From a virus (Duplodnaviria > Caudoviricetes): a stretch of 61,476 bases of DNA. Positions within the stretch are counted from its first letter, which is position 1, and the number at the start of each line of letters is the position of its first letter. The stretch is taken from positions 1-61,476 of the IMG/VR virus record IMGVR_UViG_3300035670_000213; one strand, given 5' to 3'. The position numbers and the translations under genes were made by a program. Shown piece after piece: positions 1 to 9,077 of the stretch. The notes under the pieces are model-generated. The model was given only the letters and a program-made list of their open reading frames with translations. It did no database searches and was not told the origin of the DNA.

Positions 1-1335
1 GAAATCTGAGTAATTAAATTGAGTTCCGAATTGGGCGAGGATATCATCATTATATTGAGATATCCTATTCTTCACAATCAATTTGATATCCGAAGCTTTG
101 AGTACAGTAGATTTTGAATTAAATCGGACAATCGAATCTACTTGTATAAAGGTGTAATTCGGATCTACAATCTCTGGGGTAACTGTAACTAGATTCTTAT
201 TTGAGATAATACTAGAAAGAATTCTTTCTTTTTCTGCGTTAGTAAGAACGAAACCATTCTGGGGTTTGAATGATATAAACACTTTCCCGTAGATTGGTGG
301 ATCGTTATCCTGCCCACCCCAAACAGAAATCGATTGAGCAAGAGGATAATCTCGCTCGATAAAGAACTTATAATCTTCGGTAGTTACGGCTCTGCCTTGT
401 GTCTTGAAACTATTCACTGCATTAATTCTGACACGATCTAAAGATTCTTCTTCCGAACCGCCATATGAAGAAACAACATTTGTGAAGATAACAGAAGAAT
501 TACCGAATCTACCATCAATAGTTGTAGATAGATTGAAATCGGAACATCCATTAGAAGCATCACCCAAAGAAGTCTGATAAGTTAAAATAACAATGTTACC
601 GGATGATAATTTGGTTCCCAATACACCATCACCGAATGATAATTCATATCTTCTATTCGCAGATTCGAATAGATAATAAATTGCAGATTCGGGTGTCAGG
701 GTCTTGATATCTGATATCTTCTCGTATGTAGTAGATCTCGTATCAGTGCTCGAATTTCTAACAACAACTTCAATTGAATCCAGATCAATATTGAAATTGT
801 CAATATAGAACTTCTCATTCAAAATACCAGTCGAAGTATATGAGATTGTAATCCAAGATCCTTCTCTGACTTTGATATCTGAGAAGCTATACACCCCACC
901 AGAAGAAGTTGCCGAATATGAGTTAATGGGGGAGAATAGATAAGTTACATTGTCTTTCTGTGAAGTGAATATGGTGTTCTTATCTATGAAAATTGTATTG
1001 CCGTTTAATTTCGTGGGATCGGTTTCTGTGATGGTGAAGGATAATTCGGCTACAGAAGATTTCTTTGATTTGGGGGTATAACCTAGTCCTTTTGCGAGTG
1101 AAACAACAGATGATCTTATTTGTGCGGTATCAAGAAAATTCTCATTAAACGCCATGTTTAGATAAACAGAGTTATAATGAGTGTTGAATGCCAACACATC
1201 TAATAGTAACGAAAGTCCAGATCCTTCATAATTGTAGTCGGTGAAATCTGAGTTATTGGCAATAAAGGCTGCTAAATTTGATCGAATTGCTTCAAAATCT
1301 AGCTCCGAGATTAGGGTGTTTCTGTTATCTGCCAT
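1..1335 (-). CDS. gp6: Baseplate wedge subunit gp6 (partial, runs off the window start)
   Basis: Not in the ORF track. Manual translation from ATG 1335 gives MADNRNTLISELDFEAIRSNLAAFI...FTDYNYEGSGLSLLLDVLAFNTHY...ENFLDTAQIRSSVVSLAKGLGYTP, the typical T4 gp6 N-terminus; follows gp25. Confidence 0.93.
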   Translation of the reverse strand, partial: MADNRNTLISELDFEAIRSNLAAFIANNSDFTDYNYEGSGLSLLLDVLAFNTHYNSVYLNMAFNENFLDTAQIRSSVVSLAKGLGYTPKSKKSSVAELSFTITETDPTKLNGNTIFIDKNTIFTSQKDNVTYLFSPINSYSATSSGGVYSFSDIKVREGSWITISYTSTGILNEKFYIDNFNIDLDSIEVVVRNSSTDTRSTTYEKISDIKTLTPESAIYYLFESANRRYELSFGDGVLGTKLSSGNIVILTYQTSLGDASNGCSDFNLSTTIDGRFGNSSVIFTNVVSSYGGSEEESLDRVRINAVNSFKTQGRAVTTEDYKFFIERDYPLAQSISVWGGQDNDPPIYGKVFISFKPQNGFVLTNAEKERILSSIISNKNLVTVTPEIVDPNYTFIQVDSIVRFNSKSTVLKASDIKLIVKNRISQYNDDILAQFGTQFNYSDF

Positions 1336-1336
1336 T

Positions 1337-1732
1337 CTACCTGACTCTTTCTAAGTTGATGCTTATTGATACTGGTTCTTCGATATTTACCACATAGAAA
1401 AATACACTAATTGCAATTTCATTAGGATTTGATGTTTCCGAAACATCCACTTTAATTAATCTTGCTCTAGGCTCGAAATTATTTATCACGTCCTTAATCG
1501 ATCTCTCTATAACAATAACCGTATCCGGTCCTATGTTTTCGAATAGCGAAGAATATACAGCAGAACCAATCTCAGAATGAAAAGGACGTTCATTGAATTT
1601 AGTCAAGATGAGTAACTTAACCGAACGCTTTACTGCATCGATATCTTTTAATGTATATATATCTGATGTTTTCGGATTCTTGGCGAATGAGATATCTATA
1701 TCTTTATATCTATCAACTATTGTAGAGGCCAT
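1337..1732 (-). CDS. gp25: Baseplate wedge subunit gp25
   Basis: YKDIDISF..NP...D..AVKRSVK.L..T..NERPF.SEIGS and FEPRARL motifs; lies between gp5 and gp6. Confidence 0.93.
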   Translation of the reverse strand: MASTIVDRYKDIDISFAKNPKTSDIYTLKDIDAVKRSVKLLILTKFNERPFHSEIGSAVYSSLFENIGPDTVIVIERSIKDVINNFEPRARLIKVDVSETSNPNEIAISVFFYVVNIEEPVSISINLERVR

Positions 1733-1747
1733 AAGATTTATTTATCT

Positions 1748-2653
1748 CTACAGAAAAGGGATCTTGGAGATTGATCCTAATGAAGTGATTGTTGTATTAA
1801 AGGTATCAATTGTTGTATTAATAGAGTTATATAATTGGACATACTCACTATTCTTAGGATCAATCGCAGCAGGTAACTGTGGTAGAGTTTTTCTCGGTTT
1901 TCTTTTTGCATTAAACGCTGTCTTAATCTTGGTTAAATTTTGTGCAATAATCTTTATATTCTGTGCAGTATTAACAAGATTATCGGCAATGTATTTTGTA
2001 TTCTGGATCGCCGCATTAACTTTATTAATCTCACCCAATGCCACATTTATATCTTGAATCTTACCAGTAGCATCTATACCCAGATCAGTAACCGATAATA
2101 TCGCAGAATTGATTGTCGCTAAATTGGAACTGAGGGTGGCAATTTCACCGTTGATATAATCATTGACTTCATCTATCTGGTTCTGGACTGCATTCTGTGA
2201 ATTTGTAATTGTCTGTAGAGAAGAATTATCATTCGCTATCTTCGTATATCCATCGATAGTCCTTGATAAAGAACCTGATTGCGAATTAAGTGTTGAAGTT
2301 ATGTTCGTAATTGAACTGATCTTCTGTGTTAGGTTTTGAGTAGTCAGAGTCGATAACTCAGTCTGGAGTGAATTGATCGTTCCGTTGACTGAATTTATCT
2401 GCGACACGGTTGAAGTTAAAACTGTATTTAATTCAGAAGATATAATACCTTCGGCGTTAAGAACACCCAGGGTAGCGTATGCAGATTGACTAATCGAAGT
2501 CCAAGAAACGCCTCTATTTATGAATGGAGCGATAATAGCAGCAGCTTCCATCGCAATCGTCGTAGCTCTTTGTATTTTAAGTGAAACTGATTTAGGGATC
2601 TTCGCAATTAGCGCAGCAAAGATAAAAGCCGATGTTGGAATATTTGGTATCAT
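1748..2653 (-). CDS. Hypothetical S/T/N/I-rich coiled-coil protein, probably baseplate/spike associated
   Basis: 301-aa ORF packed between gp5 and gp25; hydrophobic N-terminus and heptad-like pattern. Confidence 0.6.
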   Translation of the reverse strand: MIPNIPTSAFIFAALIAKIPKSVSLKIQRATTIAMEAAAIIAPFINRGVSWTSISQSAYATLGVLNAEGIISSELNTVLTSTVSQINSVNGTINSLQTELSTLTTQNLTQKISSITNITSTLNSQSGSLSRTIDGYTKIANDNSSLQTITNSQNAVQNQIDEVNDYINGEIATLSSNLATINSAILSVTDLGIDATGKIQDINVALGEINKVNAAIQNTKYIADNLVNTAQNIKIIAQNLTKIKTAFNAKRKPRKTLPQLPAAIDPKNSEYVQLYNSINTTIDTFNTTITSLGSISKIPFL

Positions 2654-2656
2654 ATC

Positions 2657-4033
2657 TTATGGGTTAAAAGTTAATGGACCTACTGGTGCAGTCTTCGGGA
2701 ATTTTCTAGAAACATTCGGGGATTCCAGATTAATTCTGACTAGAGATTTAACATTAATCATCGAAGCCAATGATTCGATATCTAAATTCGTACCTGTCTT
2801 TATCCTAGTGGAAAGTAAAGAACCCATTGTGGTGCTTATTGTAGAATTTACCGAAGTGAATGCGCTATTGAGTGTCACAGAACCAACAGATCCTATTTCG
2901 GTGGATATGGTAGAATTCACTATAGTAGAAGTAACCGATGAAATATTCATGTTACCGATTGATTGCAGACCCATCGTTGTATTAGAAGCTATAGCAATCG
3001 ATCCAGTCGTTGTATTTGCCGTTAGATTTCTCGTGGCAGTCATTCGAATATTATCGGCAGTTACGTTCAAATCTCCACCAGCATCTATGTTGATATCTTT
3101 TTCTGCTGTAACCGAAACGTTCTGATGGCAATATAACGAAGTATCACCCTTCACAACAACAGTTGCCTTCTCGTTCGCCTCGACATTAATATCATTTGCA
3201 GAGTAAAGATTCACTCGTCCGTCTACCGTGATATTACAAGATCCTTGAATATAGATATTATCATCACCCACAATAATCGAGAAATTATCTCCATTAATCT
3301 TCGTTAATTTATTCGCTTTCTTTTCTCCACCATCATTAACTTCGTATACTTCATAGAAAGTACCCAGACCATGATACTCATGAATTCGGGTCTTATCTTT
3401 CGTATCATCCCATTCTTTAATATGTCCGGATTGAGTCTGGAATACTTTATTGAATGGATACTTAGCGTCGTAGATAGGATCTGGTTCAACCCAAGAAGTA
3501 TCATCTCCTTGATCTCTGGGTCCACCATTATTAGAAACTTTCTCAAGAGCAACAGGAATAGGTTCTTTAATAGCCTTATCTTTTTTCTGTTGTACGATAG
3601 TTTCGGTTATCTTTTCTGCTCTTGCTAATCTATTAGTATCTGGTTCTTTGATATATGGATCTTGCGGATAGTAATCAAATGGATCAGAGAATCCTAATCT
3701 TGGATTCGGTCTTTCTTGTGGGATGCCTCCTATCGTCCCGAATACAACAGGCTCTTGACAATTCTGACCATCACGAAAGAATCCGACAACCCAAGTTCCT
3801 TCTACTGGCCCAACCGGAGTATCACCTATTCCGTTCATAGAAGCCGAAGTAATTGGCATGATAGGATAAGCCCAGGGTAATTCAGCCGTCGGGATTTTGT
3901 TCTTTAATTCTGTATGAATACCAAGGATTCGCACACGAAGTCTGCCTAGCTTCAAAGGGTCCATTCTATCTTCTACGACACCCTGAAACCACACAAACCC
4001 ATCAAATCCCATGAATCCATTTGTACTAGCCAT
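2657..4033 (-). CDS. gp5: Baseplate hub/central spike gp5 (no lysozyme domain evident)
   Basis: WFQGVVEDRMDPLKLGRLRVR...LPWA...GPVEGTWVVGFFRDG OB-fold; YPFNKV.QT.SGHI.EWDDT; C-terminal beta-helix repeats. Confidence 0.93.
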   Translation of the reverse strand: MASTNGFMGFDGFVWFQGVVEDRMDPLKLGRLRVRILGIHTELKNKIPTAELPWAYPIMPITSASMNGIGDTPVGPVEGTWVVGFFRDGQNCQEPVVFGTIGGIPQERPNPRLGFSDPFDYYPQDPYIKEPDTNRLARAEKITETIVQQKKDKAIKEPIPVALEKVSNNGGPRDQGDDTSWVEPDPIYDAKYPFNKVFQTQSGHIKEWDDTKDKTRIHEYHGLGTFYEVYEVNDGGEKKANKLTKINGDNFSIIVGDDNIYIQGSCNITVDGRVNLYSANDINVEANEKATVVVKGDTSLYCHQNVSVTAEKDINIDAGGDLNVTADNIRMTATRNLTANTTTGSIAIASNTTMGLQSIGNMNISSVTSTIVNSTISTEIGSVGSVTLNSAFTSVNSTISTTMGSLLSTRIKTGTNLDIESLASMINVKSLVRINLESPNVSRKFPKTAPVGPLTFNP

Positions 4034-5417
4034 TAGATCTTATATAACCTCTAACTTCTTTCTTGAGCGCATCTTTGGCACATTCCAAGGACATTGAATA
4101 TTCCGATTTATTGAATGTATGTCTTATTGCAGTAATTAGATATTTACCTTCGTAGAATTCATCTAATTTTGTTTCGCCATTTGGTTCTGGTGACGGCAAC
4201 TCGAAATAAATTATATCTCCTGCTTCCAGATACCCATCTCCAGGTAAAGATATTCTTATCTTGTAATTATTTAATGAAGCTATTCTATTCATCCTCGAAG
4301 AAGAAATTTGCGATAACCTATTCGGAGATTCAGCCGTACCAGATGGATTGAATATTGATCTCGATTCGGAATAATCGGTGAATGTCTTACCGAATCTATC
4401 TCTTACTCCGGAGTATATTTTGTAATCTGCTGTATGTTCATATTTGTCGAATTGATCTTCGTAATTAAAATTAATTTCTTTCCATTCTTTCTTCGTTATA
4501 TCATGATAGATGAATTTGCTATTGAATAATCCATAATCATTTGCCTTGATTGTGTCGAATGAATGCATTACTTCATATGATTTGGCGTTCGAAAAAAACA
4601 TGTAATAATCTGGATCGGTGGTATTTTGATTGACTAAAACAACATTAGAAGGACGATAGAATATTCTCTTTTTTTCGTCATAAGCCAACATATCATCCAG
4701 GGAAAGAAACCAGAATTTCGTAGATACATCTGTGCTATATCTCGAATTAATATATGATAATCTATCGGCTTCGGTGCCCCCATCATTATAAAGAGTCTGA
4801 TAAAAGAAGAAAGTTGAATTGTTGTTATAAGTCAAAGAAGTACTTCTAGAAGCACACCAACTAATTGCTTTGAATGGATTCCAGTCTGGAATCACGACAT
4901 CGAATTGATTAGATGTTTTTTCAAATTCATACGAAGAAGTTGTGTTGAATTCATTGAATATATTCTCGATAATTTCCAACATGGTCTTAGACTTATAAGA
5001 CTTTGATATTCTGATATTCCTATCAAGAACACCCTCTTCCGACATGAAGTGTATTTCATAATTCTGTGATCTATCGGTAGGTAGAGATTTGTTCTTGATA
5101 TCTGTTACTCTGCCGATGAATTTCAGTGGATTATTCTGTGGATCAGTCCATTTACCGCTCTCATCAATAATTTGATATGATGGCATTTCCAATTCAATAA
5201 GAATTACCTCATTACCCATTATAGGCAAACCGTATTGTTTACCACTTATTAAGTTAAGCGCCTCGGTTACAGTAACATATCCAGTGACGACTGGAGAATA
5301 TATCGACTCGAAGAAATTAATCTCATCGAATAGGGTAAATAAATCAACTGACTTACCTCCCTCAGATATAAGATAGATCGATTTTAAGTTGTAGTTTCCA
5401 GGTAGAATTTTTGGCAT
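4026..5417 (-). CDS. Baseplate hub protein (gp27/late-control-D-like)
   Basis: Between gp53 and gp5; C-terminal PGD.YLEAGDII...GKYLITAIRHTF pattern typical of hub proteins. Confidence 0.7.
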   Translation of the reverse strand: MPKILPGNYNLKSIYLISEGGKSVDLFTLFDEINFFESIYSPVVTGYVTVTEALNLISGKQYGLPIMGNEVILIELEMPSYQIIDESGKWTDPQNNPLKFIGRVTDIKNKSLPTDRSQNYEIHFMSEEGVLDRNIRISKSYKSKTMLEIIENIFNEFNTTSSYEFEKTSNQFDVVIPDWNPFKAISWCASRSTSLTYNNNSTFFFYQTLYNDGGTEADRLSYINSRYSTDVSTKFWFLSLDDMLAYDEKKRIFYRPSNVVLVNQNTTDPDYYMFFSNAKSYEVMHSFDTIKANDYGLFNSKFIYHDITKKEWKEINFNYEDQFDKYEHTADYKIYSGVRDRFGKTFTDYSESRSIFNPSGTAESPNRLSQISSSRMNRIASLNNYKIRISLPGDGYLEAGDIIYFELPSPEPNGETKLDEFYEGKYLITAIRHTFNKSEYSMSLECAKDALKKEVRGYIRSNG

Positions 5418-5418
5418 C

Positions 5419-5997
5419 TTATCTCATTAGATTAGTAAATGCGTTTACGAATGTATTTAAGTATCTTTCTTGAATAACTAAGATAGTTCTCTTCGATTCG
5501 TTTTGTTCTAATTCATAATCATATAGAGAAATTGATTTTCTCATCAGAATACCATTCTCGAATTGTGGAGTATCGTTATATTTCTCTTCGGGAACTTGTA
5601 CCCAGTAAGCAGCATCTTCTACTTCGTCATCTGAATATTGCAAAGAACTTGTTCTGATATAATATATGAAAGAAGTTGCAGCAATAGAAATTGAACCGTA
5701 CTTTTGTTCTATATACTGAGTTAATTGAGAATCTGTAAGAGGAAAATCATAGAATCTATCGAATCTCTTATTAATCAACATAATAACCCAATAAAACTCA
5801 GGTGATCTGTACAACTTATTAGAAACATCTTCTATTGTTTCGGTTTCTAACATTGTGTAATTGTAGAACAGAGATTTATCGTCGAGTAAAGATTCTTTCC
5901 TGACAACTAATGAAGTGATATTCTTGAGTAAAAGAAACTCGTTTTTCTCTGTGAAATCTGGATATTCAACCCAATTGAAAGTATTGAAATATGGCAT
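5419..5997 (-). CDS. gp53: Baseplate wedge subunit gp53
   Basis: PYFNTF..VEY, ETIEDVSNKLY....YWVIMLIN, DFPL...L..YI..KYG and YDYELEQNESKRTI motifs. Confidence 0.9.
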   Translation of the reverse strand: MPYFNTFNWVEYPDFTEKNEFLLLKNITSLVVRKESLLDDKSLFYNYTMLETETIEDVSNKLYRSPEFYWVIMLINKRFDRFYDFPLTDSQLTQYIEQKYGSISIAATSFIYYIRTSSLQYSDDEVEDAAYWVQVPEEKYNDTPQFENGILMRKSISLYDYELEQNESKRTILVIQERYLNTFVNAFTNLMR

Positions 5998-6005
5998 GTA
6001 TATCC

Positions 6006-6971
6006 TTATTGTGTGTTAGAATTGTTCTGGGTGTTGATTGCTGATATCGAATACTCTTCAATTGATTTCTGAATCTGCAAAATAACTTCTTTTGTGAGAA
6101 TCTGAACTTCTTTGAATTTCAGAACAAGATCTACTTCTACGGGCGCAGCAGTATCCTTGAATGTCACAAAATTATTGTTACCGGAATAATTAACATCAAT
6201 ACCAGTCAACACCGAAGTCAAAACAAATGGTAGATACTTATTCTTAGCGATAGCTCCTTTTGAATCTTTCGTATAGAAAGTAATATCAAAATCGGATGGA
6301 TATCTTAATAAGAATGATTGTCCGTCTAATTCTGGATGCATGTGAAACCTGAGTAGATTCACGATCTCTTTAATTTTCTCGGATTCCATTCTATTTTTGG
6401 CTATCAACTTATATGACATGTCAAATTCCCGAAACTTAACGCCCTCGAATAGCAACTCTGAGTGTGGGTTTAAGGACAGACCTTGATAACCACCAATAGT
6501 GGGAAGTATGGATTGTGTAATCGATGTGCCCTGAGTTGTTGCCGATTTAAATGCATTAGCAGCAACCTCCCCCAACCTAGCGCCAATTACACCGGAACCG
6601 ATGGTAGACAAAACCGATCCGATTCCACCAGCAATCTTCAATCCTTCTTTTGTTAGGTCTAGTGTATTGTAAGATACACCATAGTTAGTTTTAAGACTGA
6701 TAGGAACTGGTAGGAATATGGTGTAAGTTGTTTTTGTTTTATTGCCACCCCTATTCAGTGCCTGTCCACCGGACAAAAAACCAAACGAACTTGCTACTCG
6801 TGTTTTTTCTGTTTGTATGCCATTTACATTCTGCACAACACCCGGAGATGGGCTATAATTAACATTTGTTTCAGCAGACTCATTTATATAGATTACCATG
6901 AATTGATTTCCGTACCGAGAAGATACTTCATTATCGGTAGTTAGATTATCAGGAAATTGAATCTTTTGCAT
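6006..6971 (-). CDS. gp48: Baseplate tail tube cap gp48
   Basis: IFLPVP, NPHSELLFEGVKFREF, YPSDFDI, VLTGIDVNY and FKEVQILTK motifs. Confidence 0.88.
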   Translation of the reverse strand: MQKIQFPDNLTTDNEVSSRYGNQFMVIYINESAETNVNYSPSPGVVQNVNGIQTEKTRVASSFGFLSGGQALNRGGNKTKTTYTIFLPVPISLKTNYGVSYNTLDLTKEGLKIAGGIGSVLSTIGSGVIGARLGEVAANAFKSATTQGTSITQSILPTIGGYQGLSLNPHSELLFEGVKFREFDMSYKLIAKNRMESEKIKEIVNLLRFHMHPELDGQSFLLRYPSDFDITFYTKDSKGAIAKNKYLPFVLTSVLTGIDVNYSGNNNFVTFKDTAAPVEVDLVLKFKEVQILTKEVILQIQKSIEEYSISAINTQNNSNTQ

Positions 6972-6983
6972 AAATATATTTAT
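6970..6983. promoter_or_regulatory. Palindromic bidirectional T4-type late promoter (ATAAATATATTTAT)
   Basis: Perfect 14-bp palindrome carrying ATAAATA on both strands, between the divergent gp48 and gp4 start codons. Confidence 0.65.
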
Positions 6984-6985
6984 TC

Positions 6986-7423
6986 ATGGCTTATTCTGGA
7001 AAATATATACCAAAAAATCCGCAGAAATACAAAGGTAATTCAAATAATATTGTCTGGAGATCTACTTGGGAGTTGAGAATGTTAAAGTTTCTCGATTCAA
7101 ATCCTTCTATTATAGAATGGGGTTCTGAGGAAGTAATTATACCATATGTTTCACCGATAGACAATAAGGTACATAGATATTTTGTTGATTTCTATGTTAA
7201 GGTAAAGTCCAAGTCCGGATCGATAAATAAATTCCTCATCGAAGTTAAACCATATAATCAAACTATTCAACCAAAGAAACCGAAGAGAATAACAGAATCA
7301 TATCGATCATCGGTTGTTACATATCTTGTGAATGGGGCTAAATGGGCTGCGGCGAAGAAATGGGCAGAAGAGCGAGGAATGTCTTTCTATGTATTTACAG
7401 AGAACGAACTATTCAATAAATAG
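6986..7423 (+). CDS. gp4: Head completion nuclease gp4 (TnsA-like PD-(D/E)XK)
   Basis: YSGKY.PKNPQKYKG...I.WRS.WE; WGSEE..IPY.SP.D..VHRYFVDF; LIEVKP; KW.AA. Confidence 0.93.
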   Translation: MAYSGKYIPKNPQKYKGNSNNIVWRSTWELRMLKFLDSNPSIIEWGSEEVIIPYVSPIDNKVHRYFVDFYVKVKSKSGSINKFLIEVKPYNQTIQPKKPKRITESYRSSVVTYLVNGAKWAAAKKWAEERGMSFYVFTENELFNK

Positions 7424-7429
7424 TATTAT

Positions 7430-8164
7430 ATGAAATCTCTGAACGATTTTAAGACACATATAACTAAAGAAGGCATTGTATCACAAAATAGATATGATGT
7501 TTTTTTCTACAGATCTAATAGTGATTGGAAAACGTCACCTAGAGATCTAACATTCAGATGCGATTCATTGAATATCCCAGGTATACAAATAACAACAGCA
7601 GATTATAAATTGTATGGTGGACAACCTATCTTAAAGATACCAAATTCTAGAGTCCAAGACGATGTACAGATCACATTTCTCACAATGGGGAAAATGACAG
7701 ACAAGTATTTCTTCGAAGAATGGTTGGATTCTATTTCAGATTTTTCGAGCAATTCTATAGCATATTACAACGATGTTGCATCTGATATCGACATCGATGT
7801 GTATAATGATATATATGAAGAATCTACCTCAAGATTATTACCTGATGTATTATTTGAAGAACCTACTACTGTTGTCAATGTCTCAGATATAACGAAAACG
7901 ACAAATTCGCTATCACTAGTAAATTTATTAGCAGATCAATATTCATATTTGAATGGTGTAGGTAATGGAAAAACAAAACCAATTTACACGGTAAAGTTAG
8001 TCAAAGCAATTCCAACTAGAATAGAATCTGTTCAAGTGGGTTGGGCAGATACTGATACTCCCCTAAAATATACAGTTAATTTCGCATATGAATCGCTAAA
8101 GTTTGAATCGTCAGCCAATAGAACAAATAAGATATTCAACCATCTAGATAAGATACAAAGATAA
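7430..8164 (+). CDS. gp54: Baseplate tail tube initiator gp54-like
   Basis: NRYDV, FRCDSLNIPG, YFFEEW.D.I, YYND, AIP..I..V.VGW....YTVNFAY tube-fold pattern; between gp4 and gp26. Confidence 0.75.
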   Translation: MKSLNDFKTHITKEGIVSQNRYDVFFYRSNSDWKTSPRDLTFRCDSLNIPGIQITTADYKLYGGQPILKIPNSRVQDDVQITFLTMGKMTDKYFFEEWLDSISDFSSNSIAYYNDVASDIDIDVYNDIYEESTSRLLPDVLFEEPTTVVNVSDITKTTNSLSLVNLLADQYSYLNGVGNGKTKPIYTVKLVKAIPTRIESVQVGWADTDTPLKYTVNFAYESLKFESSANRTNKIFNHLDKIQR

Positions 8165-8172
8165 GGAAAATT

Positions 8173-8895
8173 ATGTTACCCAAATTGAATCATCCAAAAT
8201 ATGAAGTGAAGATTCCCTCAACCGGAGGGTCGTACAAGTTCAGACCGTATACCGTCAGAGAACAGAAAATTCTACTTATGATGCAAGATTCAACAGATAT
8301 AGATGAGTTAACTGATTGCGTCAAAGATTTGATTATATCATGTTCTTTGAACGAAAAATTCAATCCGGATTCACTCAGTTATTTCGACATTGAATATTTG
8401 TTCTTGAAGATCAGATCAAAATCAGTCGGAGAAATTACTCAGATTTCATTTAAGTGTAACAACATCGTCGAAGAATCAATATGTGGCGGAATCAATAGAA
8501 TCGATGTCTCATTAGATGATGTTGCCGTGGATTTCTCGAATACCCCATCACCAACAATTCAGATTGGATCAAATCTCTATATCAAACTAGGTTATCCAAC
8601 GATCACGTCAGCTAAGTTATTGGAGCAATACAACCACACCAAAGAAATGGATAAGTTATTGGCTGCAATTTCTATTGATGTAATTCATATCTCTGATTCA
8701 GAAAAGATATACGACGATTTCACTTCGGATGAATTAAAAGATCTACTATTATCACTTGAATTGAGCGCATTTTCTAAAATCATCGAGTTCTATGCGAATT
8801 GTCCAAAGATTAAGAAAGAAATAGGTTTCGTGTGTTCTAAGTGTGGATATGAGGAAAGAATTGTTTTATCAGGGTTATCGGATTTTTTCGAATAG
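8173..8895 (+). CDS. gp26: Baseplate hub assembly protein gp26
   Basis: MLPKL..PKYE..IPSTG...KFRP.TV.EQKIL; FDIEYLFLKIRSKSVGE; C-terminal CxxC and GLSDFF. Confidence 0.92.
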   Translation: MLPKLNHPKYEVKIPSTGGSYKFRPYTVREQKILLMMQDSTDIDELTDCVKDLIISCSLNEKFNPDSLSYFDIEYLFLKIRSKSVGEITQISFKCNNIVEESICGGINRIDVSLDDVAVDFSNTPSPTIQIGSNLYIKLGYPTITSAKLLEQYNHTKEMDKLLAAISIDVIHISDSEKIYDDFTSDELKDLLLSLELSAFSKIIEFYANCPKIKKEIGFVCSKCGYEERIVLSGLSDFFE

Positions 8896-8915
8896 CCATT
8901 AATAATGATGATTTG

Positions 8916-9077
8916 ATGAACTATTACATTAGTAATTTTACGATGGCTCAGTTTTACAAATACTCTCTTACTGAATTAGATGATATGTATCCTTTTGAAA
9001 GAGAGATCTACATATCCTTACTCAATAAACATATAGAAGAGGAAAACGAGAGAAGAAAGAATGGCAAAAAAACTTAG
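8916..9077 (+). CDS. gp51: Baseplate hub assembly catalyst gp51-like (53 aa; may be made as a -1 frameshift extension of gp26)
   Basis: Not in the ORF track. MNYYISNFTMAQFYKYSLTELDDMYPFEREIYISLLNKHIEEENERRKNGKKT contains the gp51-type YSLTEL..M.P.EREIY motif. Confidence 0.8.
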   Translation: MNYYISNFTMAQFYKYSLTELDDMYPFEREIYISLLNKHIEEENERRKNGKKT

